From Arcobacter sp. (GTDB lineage Bacteria > Campylobacterota > Campylobacteria > Campylobacterales > Arcobacteraceae), in assembly GCA_965662175.1 (NCBI GenBank), contig CBFIGT010000033.1:1-20502 (forward strand): a DNA stretch of 20,502 nt, given 5' to 3'. Position numbers and translations under genes: made by a program. Under the pieces are notes generated by a model. That model saw only the letters and a program-made list of their open reading frames with translations, was not told the origin of the DNA and made no database searches. Below are positions 10,368 to 19,062 of the stretch, in pieces (the stretch's first letter is position 1; each line of letters begins with the position of its first letter).

Positions 10368-11264
10368 TTAAAACCTACTCTTTTCAAAATTTATTCCCAT
10401 TATTCCAGTTGGTTTAAATAGAAGTACAAATATTAGAAATATAAATGCAATAGCATCTTTATATCCACCATATTCAGGGAAAAAAGCTACAAAGATAACT
10501 TCCGTGAAACCTAAGATAAATCCGCCTAAAACAGCTCCACTAACACTTCCAATACCACCTAAAACAGCAGCTGCGAAGGCTTTAAGTCCTATCATTACAC
10601 CCATGTATGGAGTTAAAATAGGATAAGAGATTGCCCAAAATATTCCAGAAACTGCTGCAAGAGCTGAACCTATTATAAAAACTATCATAATAATTTTATT
10701 TGAATCAATACCCATAAGTGATACTGTTTTTATATCAAAGGCTAAAGCTCGTATTGCCATTCCATATTTTGTTTTAAATAGAATAAAAAGTAATACTGAT
10801 AAAAGCAATAAAGTAATAATAGGCACAATAATAACAGTTGGAGTTAATGTTACACCTTGTACATTTATAACTTGGTCAAAAAATTCTGGAATTGAAAATG
10901 CCTTTGGAGTTCCACCAAATGTTACATTTACAATATTTTCTAAGAAAAAGGAAACACCAATAGCTGTTATAAGAAGAGAAATTCTAGGAGAGTGTCTTAG
11001 AGGTTTATAGGCAATTTTATCTGTTAAAATACCTACTATTATTGAAATCACCAAAGCAAACAAAGCTGCAAAAGCTAAAGAAAGCCCTAAGCTATCACTT
11101 GCATAAAAGGCTGCAAATGCTGCAACCATCATAACATCAGCATGGGCAAAGTTTATAAGTCTAAGTACTCCATAGACCATCGTATAACCGATGGCTATTA
11201 GAGCATACATACTTCCTAAACTTATTCCATTTATTATTTGTTGAAAAAATGTTAATAAATCCAT
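10368..11264 (-). CDS. livH: Branched-chain amino acid ABC transporter permease
   Basis: QQIINGISLGSMYALIAIGYTMVYGVLRLINFAH, GLKAFAAAVLGGIGS, LLFKPTG. Confidence 0.95.
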   Translation of the reverse strand: MDLLTFFQQIINGISLGSMYALIAIGYTMVYGVLRLINFAHADVMMVAAFAAFYASDSLGLSLAFAALFALVISIIVGILTDKIAYKPLRHSPRISLLITAIGVSFFLENIVNVTFGGTPKAFSIPEFFDQVINVQGVTLTPTVIIVPIITLLLLSVLLFILFKTKYGMAIRALAFDIKTVSLMGIDSNKIIMIVFIIGSALAAVSGIFWAISYPILTPYMGVMIGLKAFAAAVLGGIGSVSGAVLGGFILGFTEVIFVAFFPEYGGYKDAIAFIFLIFVLLFKPTGIMGINFEKSRF

Positions 11265-11279
11265 ATCTTATAAAATCTC

Positions 11280-12407
11280 TTATGGATTTACAGTTGTTAA
11301 ATATTTTTTAGAACCTTGTACTACTTGATTTATTACAGCTGATCTAACTGCATCACCATCTTCAAGTGTAATTACACCTGATGCACCTTGGAAATTTTTT
11401 GTAGCTCTAATATTTTTATTTACACAAACTTTATCTTCTGGATCTTCACATTGATTCATTGCATTTACAATTACATTGTATGAATCAGCTGTTAATACAC
11501 CAAATGGGTGAACATCTTTTTTTAATTCATCATGGTAAGCTTTTTCATATCTTTTAGATAATTCAGTTGATTTTGGAGCTTCAGGAGAGTATAAATCAGT
11601 TCCATAGAATCCCTCAACAGCATCGCCACCTGCTTCAAAAAATACATTATCAGCTGTCATCCCATCTGTTCCTAAAAACTTAGCTGTTATACCTAATTGT
11701 TGTGCTTGTTTTGCAATAAGTCCAGCTTCTGCTGAATAAATTGGGAAGAAAATTAATTCTGGATTTAAAGCTTTAATATTTGATAACATTGCTTTAAAAT
11801 CACTATCACCTGAGTTAATTCTTGCAGTTTGAATAATCTCACCACCAAGTTTTTTATAAGCTTTTTTAAATACTTTAGAAATACCAATAGAGTAGTCTAA
11901 CTTAACATCAGTAATTAAAACAGCTTTTTTAAGTTTTAAGTTATTTACAGCAAAGTTTGCAGCTACTTGACCTTGGAAAGCATCTGAAAAACATACACGA
12001 CTTACAAAATCTTTTCTTTTTGTAACTAAGATATTAGTAGCAACAGGAGCTACAACTGGAGTTTTTGCTTCTTCAGCTATTTTTGTCATAGCCATTGTAT
12101 TAGTTGATGTTAAAGCACCTATTATTGCAGTTACTTTATCTGAAGAGATAAGTTTTGAAGCGGCATTTGCTGTTTCGATTTTATCTGATTTATTATCAAC
12201 TAAAACAAGTTTAATGTCATCTCCATTGTTTAGTTTTGGTGCTAATTTATGCATCAATTCTAAACCCTCCATAGCACTTTGTCCAAAACCACCTATTGGC
12301 CCTGACATTGGCATAATAACACCTATTTTTACCTCTTTTGCAAATACATAACCACAACTTAATATTGAGGCTATTGTCACACCCATTAATTTATTTACTA
12401 CTCTCAT
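11280..12407 (-). CDS. Branched-chain amino acid ABC transporter periplasmic binding protein (LivJ/LivK family)
   Basis: Signal peptide, VKIGVIMPMSG, DNKSD, RVCFSDAFQG, FQGASGVITL; first gene of the liv operon; SD GGAG upstream. Confidence 0.92.
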   Translation of the reverse strand: MRVVNKLMGVTIASILSCGYVFAKEVKIGVIMPMSGPIGGFGQSAMEGLELMHKLAPKLNNGDDIKLVLVDNKSDKIETANAASKLISSDKVTAIIGALTSTNTMAMTKIAEEAKTPVVAPVATNILVTKRKDFVSRVCFSDAFQGQVAANFAVNNLKLKKAVLITDVKLDYSIGISKVFKKAYKKLGGEIIQTARINSGDSDFKAMLSNIKALNPELIFFPIYSAEAGLIAKQAQQLGITAKFLGTDGMTADNVFFEAGGDAVEGFYGTDLYSPEAPKSTELSKRYEKAYHDELKKDVHPFGVLTADSYNVIVNAMNQCEDPEDKVCVNKNIRATKNFQGASGVITLEDGDAVRSAVINQVVQGSKKYLTTVNP

Positions 12408-12453
12408 TTATTCTCTCCATCTTTAATTATTTTTTTACATTTTATACTATTGA

Positions 12454-12511
12454 AAAATAATGAAATATTTATGACATTTTACTTGAAATGTCATAAATAT
12501 TTCATTATTTT
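12454..12511. promoter_or_regulatory. Perfect 26-bp inverted repeat (6-nt spacer) between the divergent liv operon and porin gene
   Basis: AAAATAATGAAATATTTATGACATTT (12454-12479) - TACTTG - AAATGTCATAAATATTTCATTATTTT (12486-12511). The repeat is seen directly; a regulatory role is inferred from its position. Confidence 0.65.
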
Positions 12512-12578
12512 CTACTACGATAATTTTTCAAAATTAATAGTTCGGCAAAATTATTAATTCCAAAAAAAAGAGGGAAAA

Positions 12579-13745
12579 ATGAAAAAAATCGTAAAATTAA
12601 GTCTAATAGCAGCAGTTAGTTTAACAGCTGTACAAACATTAAGTGCTGATTCTATCGCACAAGCGTTTCAAGATGGTAAAGTAAGTGGAGAGTTAAAATC
12701 TCAATATTTTCAAAAAGAGACAGGTACAAGTAGTACTGAAGTAAGTATTTGGACAAATGGAGGTAATTTATCATATGAAACAGGTTCATTTTATGGTTTA
12801 AAAGCTGGAGTTACTTTTCAAGCGGCAACTGTTACATCTAGTAGTTTAAAAGGTACAGCTGCATATAATTCAGATCAAAATGTATCAGGTGCTGTTATGT
12901 CTCAAGCTTATTTAGAGTACACAAGAGAAAATACAACTGCAAAAGTTGGTAGACAATATATCTCTACTCCTTTAGTTGCAGGTTCTGGTTCTAGAATTTT
13001 CAAAGAAGCTTTTGAAGGTATTGTAGTATCTAACACTGATATCGCTAACACTACTTTAGTAGCTGCTTATGTTAGTAAAGAACAATATAGAACTGATATT
13101 GCAGCTGGTGGAACTACAGTAAAAGATGTTTCAGACTTTGAAAAATTACAAGATGGAGCTTACACTCTTTATGTAAAAAATAATTCAGTTGAAAACCTAA
13201 CACTTGATGCACAATACGCACAAATTAAAACAGATGGAACACAAGCTAATGATAAAAAAGCATTTTATGCTTCTGCATCATATGATTTAAATAATGTAAC
13301 AATTGCAGCTCAAACATATCAAACTGATAATGGACTTGCAAGTAATTCTGATGGTAAAGCATATGGTATTAATGTTTCTACAAATATTGATAACTTATCT
13401 TTAGCAGCTGCATATGCAACAGTTGATAAAGATGCTGATATTGTGAATGGTATAGGAAATGGAGCTGATGGTATGTATACAGCATCATGGATTAATGGTG
13501 GATTTTATTCAGCTGATACAGATTCTTATAAATTATCTGCTGGATATAAAGTTACTAATGATTTATCACTTGATTTAATGCATGCTTCATGGAAAACAGG
13601 AACTGCACAAAGAGCATCTGAAACAGATTATGTTGCTTCTTATAGCTTTGATAAAAACTTATCAGCTACATTTGTATTTGCTGATTTTAATAATACTGAT
13701 AGTGGTAACTATCAATCAAGATTATACATATCTTACAAATTCTAA
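12579..13745 (+). CDS. Outer membrane porin (OprD/Opr-like, Campylobacterales type)
   Basis: Signal peptide; AFQDGKVSGEL, SQAYLEY, KVGRQYISTPL, EAFEG; amphipathic beta strands; C-terminal RLYISYKF with terminal Phe; SD GAGGG. Confidence 0.88.
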   Translation: MKKIVKLSLIAAVSLTAVQTLSADSIAQAFQDGKVSGELKSQYFQKETGTSSTEVSIWTNGGNLSYETGSFYGLKAGVTFQAATVTSSSLKGTAAYNSDQNVSGAVMSQAYLEYTRENTTAKVGRQYISTPLVAGSGSRIFKEAFEGIVVSNTDIANTTLVAAYVSKEQYRTDIAAGGTTVKDVSDFEKLQDGAYTLYVKNNSVENLTLDAQYAQIKTDGTQANDKKAFYASASYDLNNVTIAAQTYQTDNGLASNSDGKAYGINVSTNIDNLSLAAAYATVDKDADIVNGIGNGADGMYTASWINGGFYSADTDSYKLSAGYKVTNDLSLDLMHASWKTGTAQRASETDYVASYSFDKNLSATFVFADFNNTDSGNYQSRLYISYKF

Positions 13746-13773
13746 TAAGAAAAGGCGTAAGCCTTTTCTTATT
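13744..13773. terminator. Rho-independent terminator, probably bidirectional
   Basis: Perfect 13-bp stem AATAAGAAAAGGC - GTAA loop - GCCTTTTCTTATT right at the porin stop, between convergent genes. Confidence 0.88.
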
Positions 13774-13849
13774 CACCTTTTTATTTAACTCTTTCATTAT
13801 CTTATGGTGTTGCTTTTACTTAAGATAATCTTTATTTTGTAAATAATAA

Positions 13850-16800
13850 TCATCCCACCGACATTTTAGCAATATTTTTCCATAAAAATGGTGGAATTTC
13901 ATATTCTAGCTTCCACGTTATACTCATAGGTTGACTTCCGTAATGAGATTTGTAAAAAACTTTACCCAAACAAACATAAGTCATCACATTTTTATTTTCA
14001 TCATGGTTTGATTCTCTTACAAAAAGAATTATATTTTTTCTATTTTGTTGATGATGGATATAACTTTGACCTTTTGTAGATTCGGGTTTTGTTGCATTTT
14101 GTGATTGCCAATGAAAGAGTTTTTCATTGATTGCATAATCATCATACATTGTAGTTGGTGAGTATTTATCTTCAGTCTTTTCTAAAGTTACAAAAAGAAG
14201 CTCTGTATTTTTCTCTTTGATATCCAAAACACCTTCTCTGCTACTTGATTTTTTATCAAAACTGTGTACTCCAAAACCAGCTAAAATCTGCTCTCTTGTA
14301 TATCTTGAGTGAACTTTTATAGGAGTTTTAAAAGGAAGGTTTAAATTATATTCAATGTAGTTGATTCTTTCATTCAAGAGTTCTAACACCTCTTTTAACT
14401 CATCTACTAATAATCTATTTTCACCGATATATTTTATTCCACTTTCTAAATTATCAAATTTATTTGGCTCTTGAAAGAAATCATAATAAAGCATTAGTGC
14501 CATTAATTTTTCTTCTTGATTATTTGAATTAAATTTAAAATCATTTTGAATCAAAGTTAAGATAAATTGAAAATATTTATATGATTTTGCAAGTAATAGT
14601 TTTTTTGTAATTGCTCTTACAAGCTCTTTTTCATTGGTCTCATTAAACTCTTTTATAACATTAGCTTCATAACAAAGCTTTGTAAAACTATCATTTTTGT
14701 AAAGTTTGTCTAATGAAAGATGATTTATTTCCGTAAAATTTTTTATTGTAAGTGGCCTATCAATATTATTTTGAAAATATTGAATTTTATTTATAAGTTT
14801 TCTTCTTCCAAGAATTGTAGCTTTCTTTATGTTGTTTAAAATATGCTCTTTTGCTTTTTTTTCTAGGATAACAGCACATCCCAAAGGAAGCTGGGGAAAC
14901 TCATTTTCTATTTCATCTTTTATTGAAGTTGATGTTTTACCAATAAGACCTCTAAATTTTCCCTCAAAATCATATTCATCCCTTGCATTTCCTACAAAAT
15001 CCAAAACAGTCAAACACTCTTTGTTTTCAGCAAATCTCAAGCCTCGTCCAAGCTGTTGTAAAAATACAGTTAAACTCTCAGTTGGTCTTAAAAACAAAAT
15101 AGTATCAATTTGAGGGATATCAACACCCTCATTGAAAATATCTACAACAAAAAGATAGTTTATCTCTTTGTTTAATAGTTTATATTTTATCTCACTACGA
15201 TTTTTATTTCCACTGATTAAATAATCTGCTTTTAATCCAGCATTGCAGAAGTTTTCACTCATAAACTGGGCATGCTCTTGTGAAACACAAAATCCTAAAG
15301 CAACAACATCATTTATATCTCTTAGATACTCTTCACATTTTTGTAAAATATCTCCAACTCTTTGCTGCGTTGACAAAGCATCACTTAATTCACTAACTTG
15401 ATATTTTCCTTTTTGCCAAGATATATTTTTTAAATTCACATTATCACTTATTCCAAAATATTGAAAAGGACAAAGTAGTTTTCTATTAAGTGCTTCGGGA
15501 AGTCTAATTTCTGCTGCAATTACATCACAAAAGTCATTTAAGATATTTTCATTATCCATTCGCTCAGGTGTTGCAGTTAGCCCTAAAAGTATTTTAGAGC
15601 TAAATTTATCAAGTATTGGTCGATAACTTTTTGCTGCAATATGATGAACTTCATCAATAATAATAAAATCAAAATAGTTTTGAGATAATTGAAGTGACTC
15701 TATACTATTTTGTAAAGTTTGAACCGAAGCAAAAAGATATTCATAACTTGTTGGCTCAATCCCATCTACCCAAAGTTCACCAAAGTTATTATCTCTTAAA
15801 ATTGCCTGGAAAGTATCTCTTGCTTGAAGTAAAATCTCTTTACGATGAGCTACAAAAAGAAGTTTTGCATTTTTGTTTTGATTTTTAAATCTTTTATAAT
15901 CAAATGCACTAATTACAGTTTTACCTGTACCAGTTGCAGCAACCACTAAATTTTTAAAACGTTTATGTACATCTCTTTGAGTTTGTAACTCTTCTAAAAT
16001 CTCTTCTTGATAATGAAAAGGGTTAATATCAAAAAAAGTAGAAAACCTATTTTGATTTTCTATGGAGTCATTTTTTAATGCTATTTGTAACTTCTCTTTT
16101 TGTTCACCTGTAAAAAGTTCAAACTCTTTATCTTCCCAATATGTTTCAAAAGTTTTTTCAAATTTTTTAATTATGTGTGATATTTCAGCTGTTGTAACTT
16201 TTAGATTCCACTCTAAGCCACTTGTTAATGCACTTTTTGAAATATTTGAAGAGCCTATATAAGCAGTGTGAAAACCTGTATTTCTAAAAAATAGATAGGA
16301 TTTTGCGTGAAGCCTTTCATTTGCTGTGTTATAAGAAACTTTGATTTCAGTGTTTGGTAAACTAGATAAAAACTCAACCGCTTTTAAATCTGTTGCACCC
16401 ATATATGAAGTGGTGATAATTTTTAATTTTTTACCTTGACTTGTAAACTCTCGAAGCTCTTTTTCAAATATTCTTATTCCAGACCATTTTATAAACGATA
16501 CGAGTAAATATATTTTATCTGAGGATAGAATCTCTTTTTTTATTTCACTCTCTAGTGAAACTCCAGCATTACTTCCTGTAAAAAGTTCACTTTGTGTAAG
16601 TCCCGTATAAGGAGTGATCTCTTTTATATAATTATCAAAGTTTACAATATTTGAGTCAATCTTTGGTAAAACTGCTTTTAGTATATTTCCATTGAGGTCA
16701 ACAAGATTTTGTGTAAAATCCTGTTTTTGTATCTCATTTTCTAAAATTAAAATGATTTTATTAATAAGTTCTATTTGTCTTTGGATACTATCTTCTCCAC

Positions 16801-16975
16801 TTATTAAATCAAGTGCAAATTTAATAATCTTTGTACAATAGTTTGTGAGTATCTGTGATGCTTCCGCTTTTTCTATAGTTGATGTTTGGATGTAAAAGTT
16901 ATCAATACTTGTCGTATTTATTTTTTCAGAAATAAGTTTATTTAATAATTGCTCATACAATCCAAGTTCAAACAT
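13850..16975 (-). CDS. PLD-nuclease / SF2 helicase / DUF3427 protein; SauUSI-like type IV (modification-dependent) restriction enzyme
   Basis: PLD motif LHAKSY...IGSSNIS; Walker A ATGTGKT; DEVHH; motif III TAT; DIFNEGVDIP; motif VI QQLGRGLR; C-terminal YDDYAINEKLFHWQSQN typical of DUF3427. Start ATG 16975 (GGA upstream) or GTG 16993. Confidence 0.85.
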   Translation of the reverse strand: MFELGLYEQLLNKLISEKINTTSIDNFYIQTSTIEKAEASQILTNYCTKIIKFALDLISGEDSIQRQIELINKIILILENEIQKQDFTQNLVDLNGNILKAVLPKIDSNIVNFDNYIKEITPYTGLTQSELFTGSNAGVSLESEIKKEILSSDKIYLLVSFIKWSGIRIFEKELREFTSQGKKLKIITTSYMGATDLKAVEFLSSLPNTEIKVSYNTANERLHAKSYLFFRNTGFHTAYIGSSNISKSALTSGLEWNLKVTTAEISHIIKKFEKTFETYWEDKEFELFTGEQKEKLQIALKNDSIENQNRFSTFFDINPFHYQEEILEELQTQRDVHKRFKNLVVAATGTGKTVISAFDYKRFKNQNKNAKLLFVAHRKEILLQARDTFQAILRDNNFGELWVDGIEPTSYEYLFASVQTLQNSIESLQLSQNYFDFIIIDEVHHIAAKSYRPILDKFSSKILLGLTATPERMDNENILNDFCDVIAAEIRLPEALNRKLLCPFQYFGISDNVNLKNISWQKGKYQVSELSDALSTQQRVGDILQKCEEYLRDINDVVALGFCVSQEHAQFMSENFCNAGLKADYLISGNKNRSEIKYKLLNKEINYLFVVDIFNEGVDIPQIDTILFLRPTESLTVFLQQLGRGLRFAENKECLTVLDFVGNARDEYDFEGKFRGLIGKTSTSIKDEIENEFPQLPLGCAVILEKKAKEHILNNIKKATILGRRKLINKIQYFQNNIDRPLTIKNFTEINHLSLDKLYKNDSFTKLCYEANVIKEFNETNEKELVRAITKKLLLAKSYKYFQFILTLIQNDFKFNSNNQEEKLMALMLYYDFFQEPNKFDNLESGIKYIGENRLLVDELKEVLELLNERINYIEYNLNLPFKTPIKVHSRYTREQILAGFGVHSFDKKSSSREGVLDIKEKNTELLFVTLEKTEDKYSPTTMYDDYAINEKLFHWQSQNATKPESTKGQSYIHHQQNRKNIILFVRESNHDENKNVMTYVCLGKVFYKSHYGSQPMSITWKLEYEIPPFLWKNIAKMSVG

Positions 16976-17100
16976 TTTTGATATCCAATTCACACAAATT
17001 TTAATAATAGAATTTATCTAAGTAGTATAGTAGAACTATTTTAATGACCAACTTAGTGGATATCAAATATTATCACAAGATTGAAAGAGCAAGCCATCTA

Positions 17101-17190
17101 AAAGATAGGGCATTGTATAATTCAGATCATAACTACTTTACAGATAATAACGTAAGAAAAAATATTAAAAAATAGGCAGGATTTTAGACT
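17101..17190 (+). pseudogene. Highly degenerate remnant of a tyrosine integrase 3' end (copy A)
   Basis: Aligns by eye with 19136-19286: CATTGTATAATT identical (17111-17122 vs 19146-19157) and a 26/27 match (17157-17183 vs 19253-19279). Confidence 0.65.
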
Positions 17191-17257
17191 GCATTTTTGA
17201 TAAAAAATTTTCATTCTTTCTATTGATTAATTCTATTAGATAATAAAATTGTACCTT

Positions 17258-17338
17258 AGTATAAAATATGATTATTTTTAATAATTAATCCAAAATAATT
17301 GGATTATCTATATAATATTATTGATTTTATAGTATAAT
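17258..17338 (+). promoter_or_regulatory. abiE promoter with inverted-repeat operator candidate
   Basis: TAATCCAA-N5-TTGGATTA (17286-17306) nested in outer TATAAAAT...ATTTTATA arms; TATAAT boxes at 17311 and 17333. Confidence 0.5.
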
Positions 17339-17345
17339 AACTCTT

Positions 17346-17984
17346 ATGAAAACAATTGAATTAAGAAATGCCTTACCATTGTCCATATTTTCTCACGAGA
17401 TGCTTTACTCATTACTTGAAAAATCAGTTAGTAATGTCAATGATAAAATCTCAAATCTTGTAAAAAGTGGTGAACTAATAAGACTAAAAAAAGGTTTTTA
17501 CACTTTTTCTAAAGCTTATCTTACAAGACCGATTGATTTAATCAGTGTTGCAAACACACTTTATACACTATCTTATGTATCATTTGATTATGCATTAAGC
17601 TACTATGGAATGATACCTGAACGAGTAAGTGAAATAACATCAGCTACAAGTAAAAATGAAAAACTTTTTGATACTCCAATAGGAAGATTTAGTTATAAAA
17701 AAGTACCACTTCAAGCTTATTCATTAGGTGTTGATTGGATTTATGATGATGTAGATGGTGGAAGATTTATAGCCACACCCGAGAAAGCTTTGTGTGACAA
17801 AATTCGATATGATAGAGGTATTGGCACGCTTACACAAGGTGCAATGCTTGAATATCTAAAATATGATTTACGACTAGATATTATAAAGCCATTGAATAGC
17901 CATCCTATAGAAGAGATTGCAACCGCATATAGATCTAAAAATTTAAAAACTCTCTCAGTAGTAATCAAAAAAGGTAAATTATGA
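17346..17984 (+). CDS. abiEi: Type IV toxin-antitoxin antitoxin, AbiEi family
   Basis: N-terminal wHTH-like KISNLVKSGELIRLKKGFY, SYVSFDYALSYYGMIPE, ATPEKALCD; ATGA overlap with a downstream AbiEii gene. Confidence 0.88.
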   Translation: MKTIELRNALPLSIFSHEMLYSLLEKSVSNVNDKISNLVKSGELIRLKKGFYTFSKAYLTRPIDLISVANTLYTLSYVSFDYALSYYGMIPERVSEITSATSKNEKLFDTPIGRFSYKKVPLQAYSLGVDWIYDDVDGGRFIATPEKALCDKIRYDRGIGTLTQGAMLEYLKYDLRLDIIKPLNSHPIEEIATAYRSKNLKTLSVVIKKGKL

Positions 17985-18868
17985 CACATCCAGCACTTAT
18001 AAAAATGTTAGAAAAATATGATTTGACAAATTCCAATAGTAGCTATGATGCGCTGAGAGAGATTTTACAAGAGATAGTATTACTTGGACTTTATGATGCA
18101 GGTTTTTTTAAACATGCCACTTTTTATGGTGGGACGGCTCTTAGAATACTGCATAATCTTCCAAGGTTTTCAGAAGACTTGGATTTTTCACTTCTTGAAA
18201 GTAATCGTGATTTTAACCTAAAACCTTACGAAGAAGGGATTATATCAACTTTAAAAGCTTTTGGGTTTGATGTAACAATAGAGATAAAAGAAAAAAATAA
18301 CGATAGTGCTATAGCTTCAGCTTTTGTAAAAGGTAACACGATTGGGCATCTTATAAATATAAACGCACCAAAGGATATAACAAATAAGATTCATAGAGAT
18401 CAAGCGGTAAAAATAAAACTAGAAGTGGATACAAACCCACCACTAGAGTTTGAAACAGCAAATACCATACGACTAACACCAAGACCATTTTCAATAAATG
18501 CTTTCACTTTACCATCATTATTTGCAGGTAAAATGCATGCAATTCTTTGTCGTGCATGGAGCACAAGACCAAAGGGGCGAGATTGGTATGATTTAGTTTG
18601 GTATATAGCAAATGATGTTGAGCTTGACTCTATTCATTTAAAATCAAGACTCTCTCAAAGTTGTAAGTATTTAGAAGAGAACAATATACAAATACCAAGT
18701 GAGCTTTCAAAAGAAACTATAAAAGATCTTCTTTTACAAAGAATAGAAAGTCTTGATGTAGAAAAAGCAAAAAATGATGTACAAGCTTTTATAAAAGATA
18801 TAAGAGAGATTGAACTTTGGTCTAAAGAGTTTTTTGTGGCAGTGATAGAAAATATGGAAGTTAGATAG
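17981..18868 (+). CDS. abiEii: Type IV toxin-antitoxin toxin, AbiEii/AbiGii nucleotidyltransferase
   Basis: FYGGTALR, RFSEDLDFS, KIKLEVD, AGKMHAIL, KGRDWYDL motifs of the DNA pol beta-like NTase toxin family. Confidence 0.92.
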   Translation: MTHPALIKMLEKYDLTNSNSSYDALREILQEIVLLGLYDAGFFKHATFYGGTALRILHNLPRFSEDLDFSLLESNRDFNLKPYEEGIISTLKAFGFDVTIEIKEKNNDSAIASAFVKGNTIGHLININAPKDITNKIHRDQAVKIKLEVDTNPPLEFETANTIRLTPRPFSINAFTLPSLFAGKMHAILCRAWSTRPKGRDWYDLVWYIANDVELDSIHLKSRLSQSCKYLEENNIQIPSELSKETIKDLLLQRIESLDVEKAKNDVQAFIKDIREIELWSKEFFVAVIENMEVR

Positions 18869-18875
18869 TTTTGCC

Positions 18876-19062
18876 ATGACACTTCAAGAACTCCATCATA
18901 AACTACAATATTTAGAATCTCAAAACTAGCGAATAGCGGTTTTGCAAAGCAAAAATTTTCCTTGAAAAAGTACTACTTGAAAATGAGATTTTAGAAACCA
19001 AAAACTAAATAGAACAACTTTCTCTTTTTACAAAAGAGCAAAAAATTGAACTTTTTAAATCA
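18876..19062 (+). pseudogene. Disrupted 5' remnant of a third islet gene
   Basis: ATG 7 nt after the abiEii stop. Removing 18926-18968 gives MTLQELHHKLQYLESQKVLLENEILETKN*IEQLSLFTKEQKIELFKS with one internal TAA (19006-19008). Confidence 0.5.
18926..18968. repeat. Short hairpin-containing dispersed element, copy 1
   Basis: CTAGCGAATAGCGGTTTTGCAAAGCAAAAATTTTCCTTGAAAA; shares AGCGGTT..GC(A/G)AAGCAAA..TTTCCTTGAAAA with 19187-19223. Confidence 0.7.

Noticed and set aside
13582..13788. 68-aa plus-strand ORF with a hydrophobic stretch
   Set aside because: Alternative frame of the porin 3' end that runs through its terminator; no clear SD.
14829..16262. Three short plus-strand ORFs (14829-15113, 15694-15888, 16062-16262)
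   Set aside because: Antisense shadows of the helicase-nuclease gene.
17741..18882. Minus-strand ORFs 17741-17989 and 18655-18882
   Set aside because: Antisense to abiEi and abiEii with no independent support.
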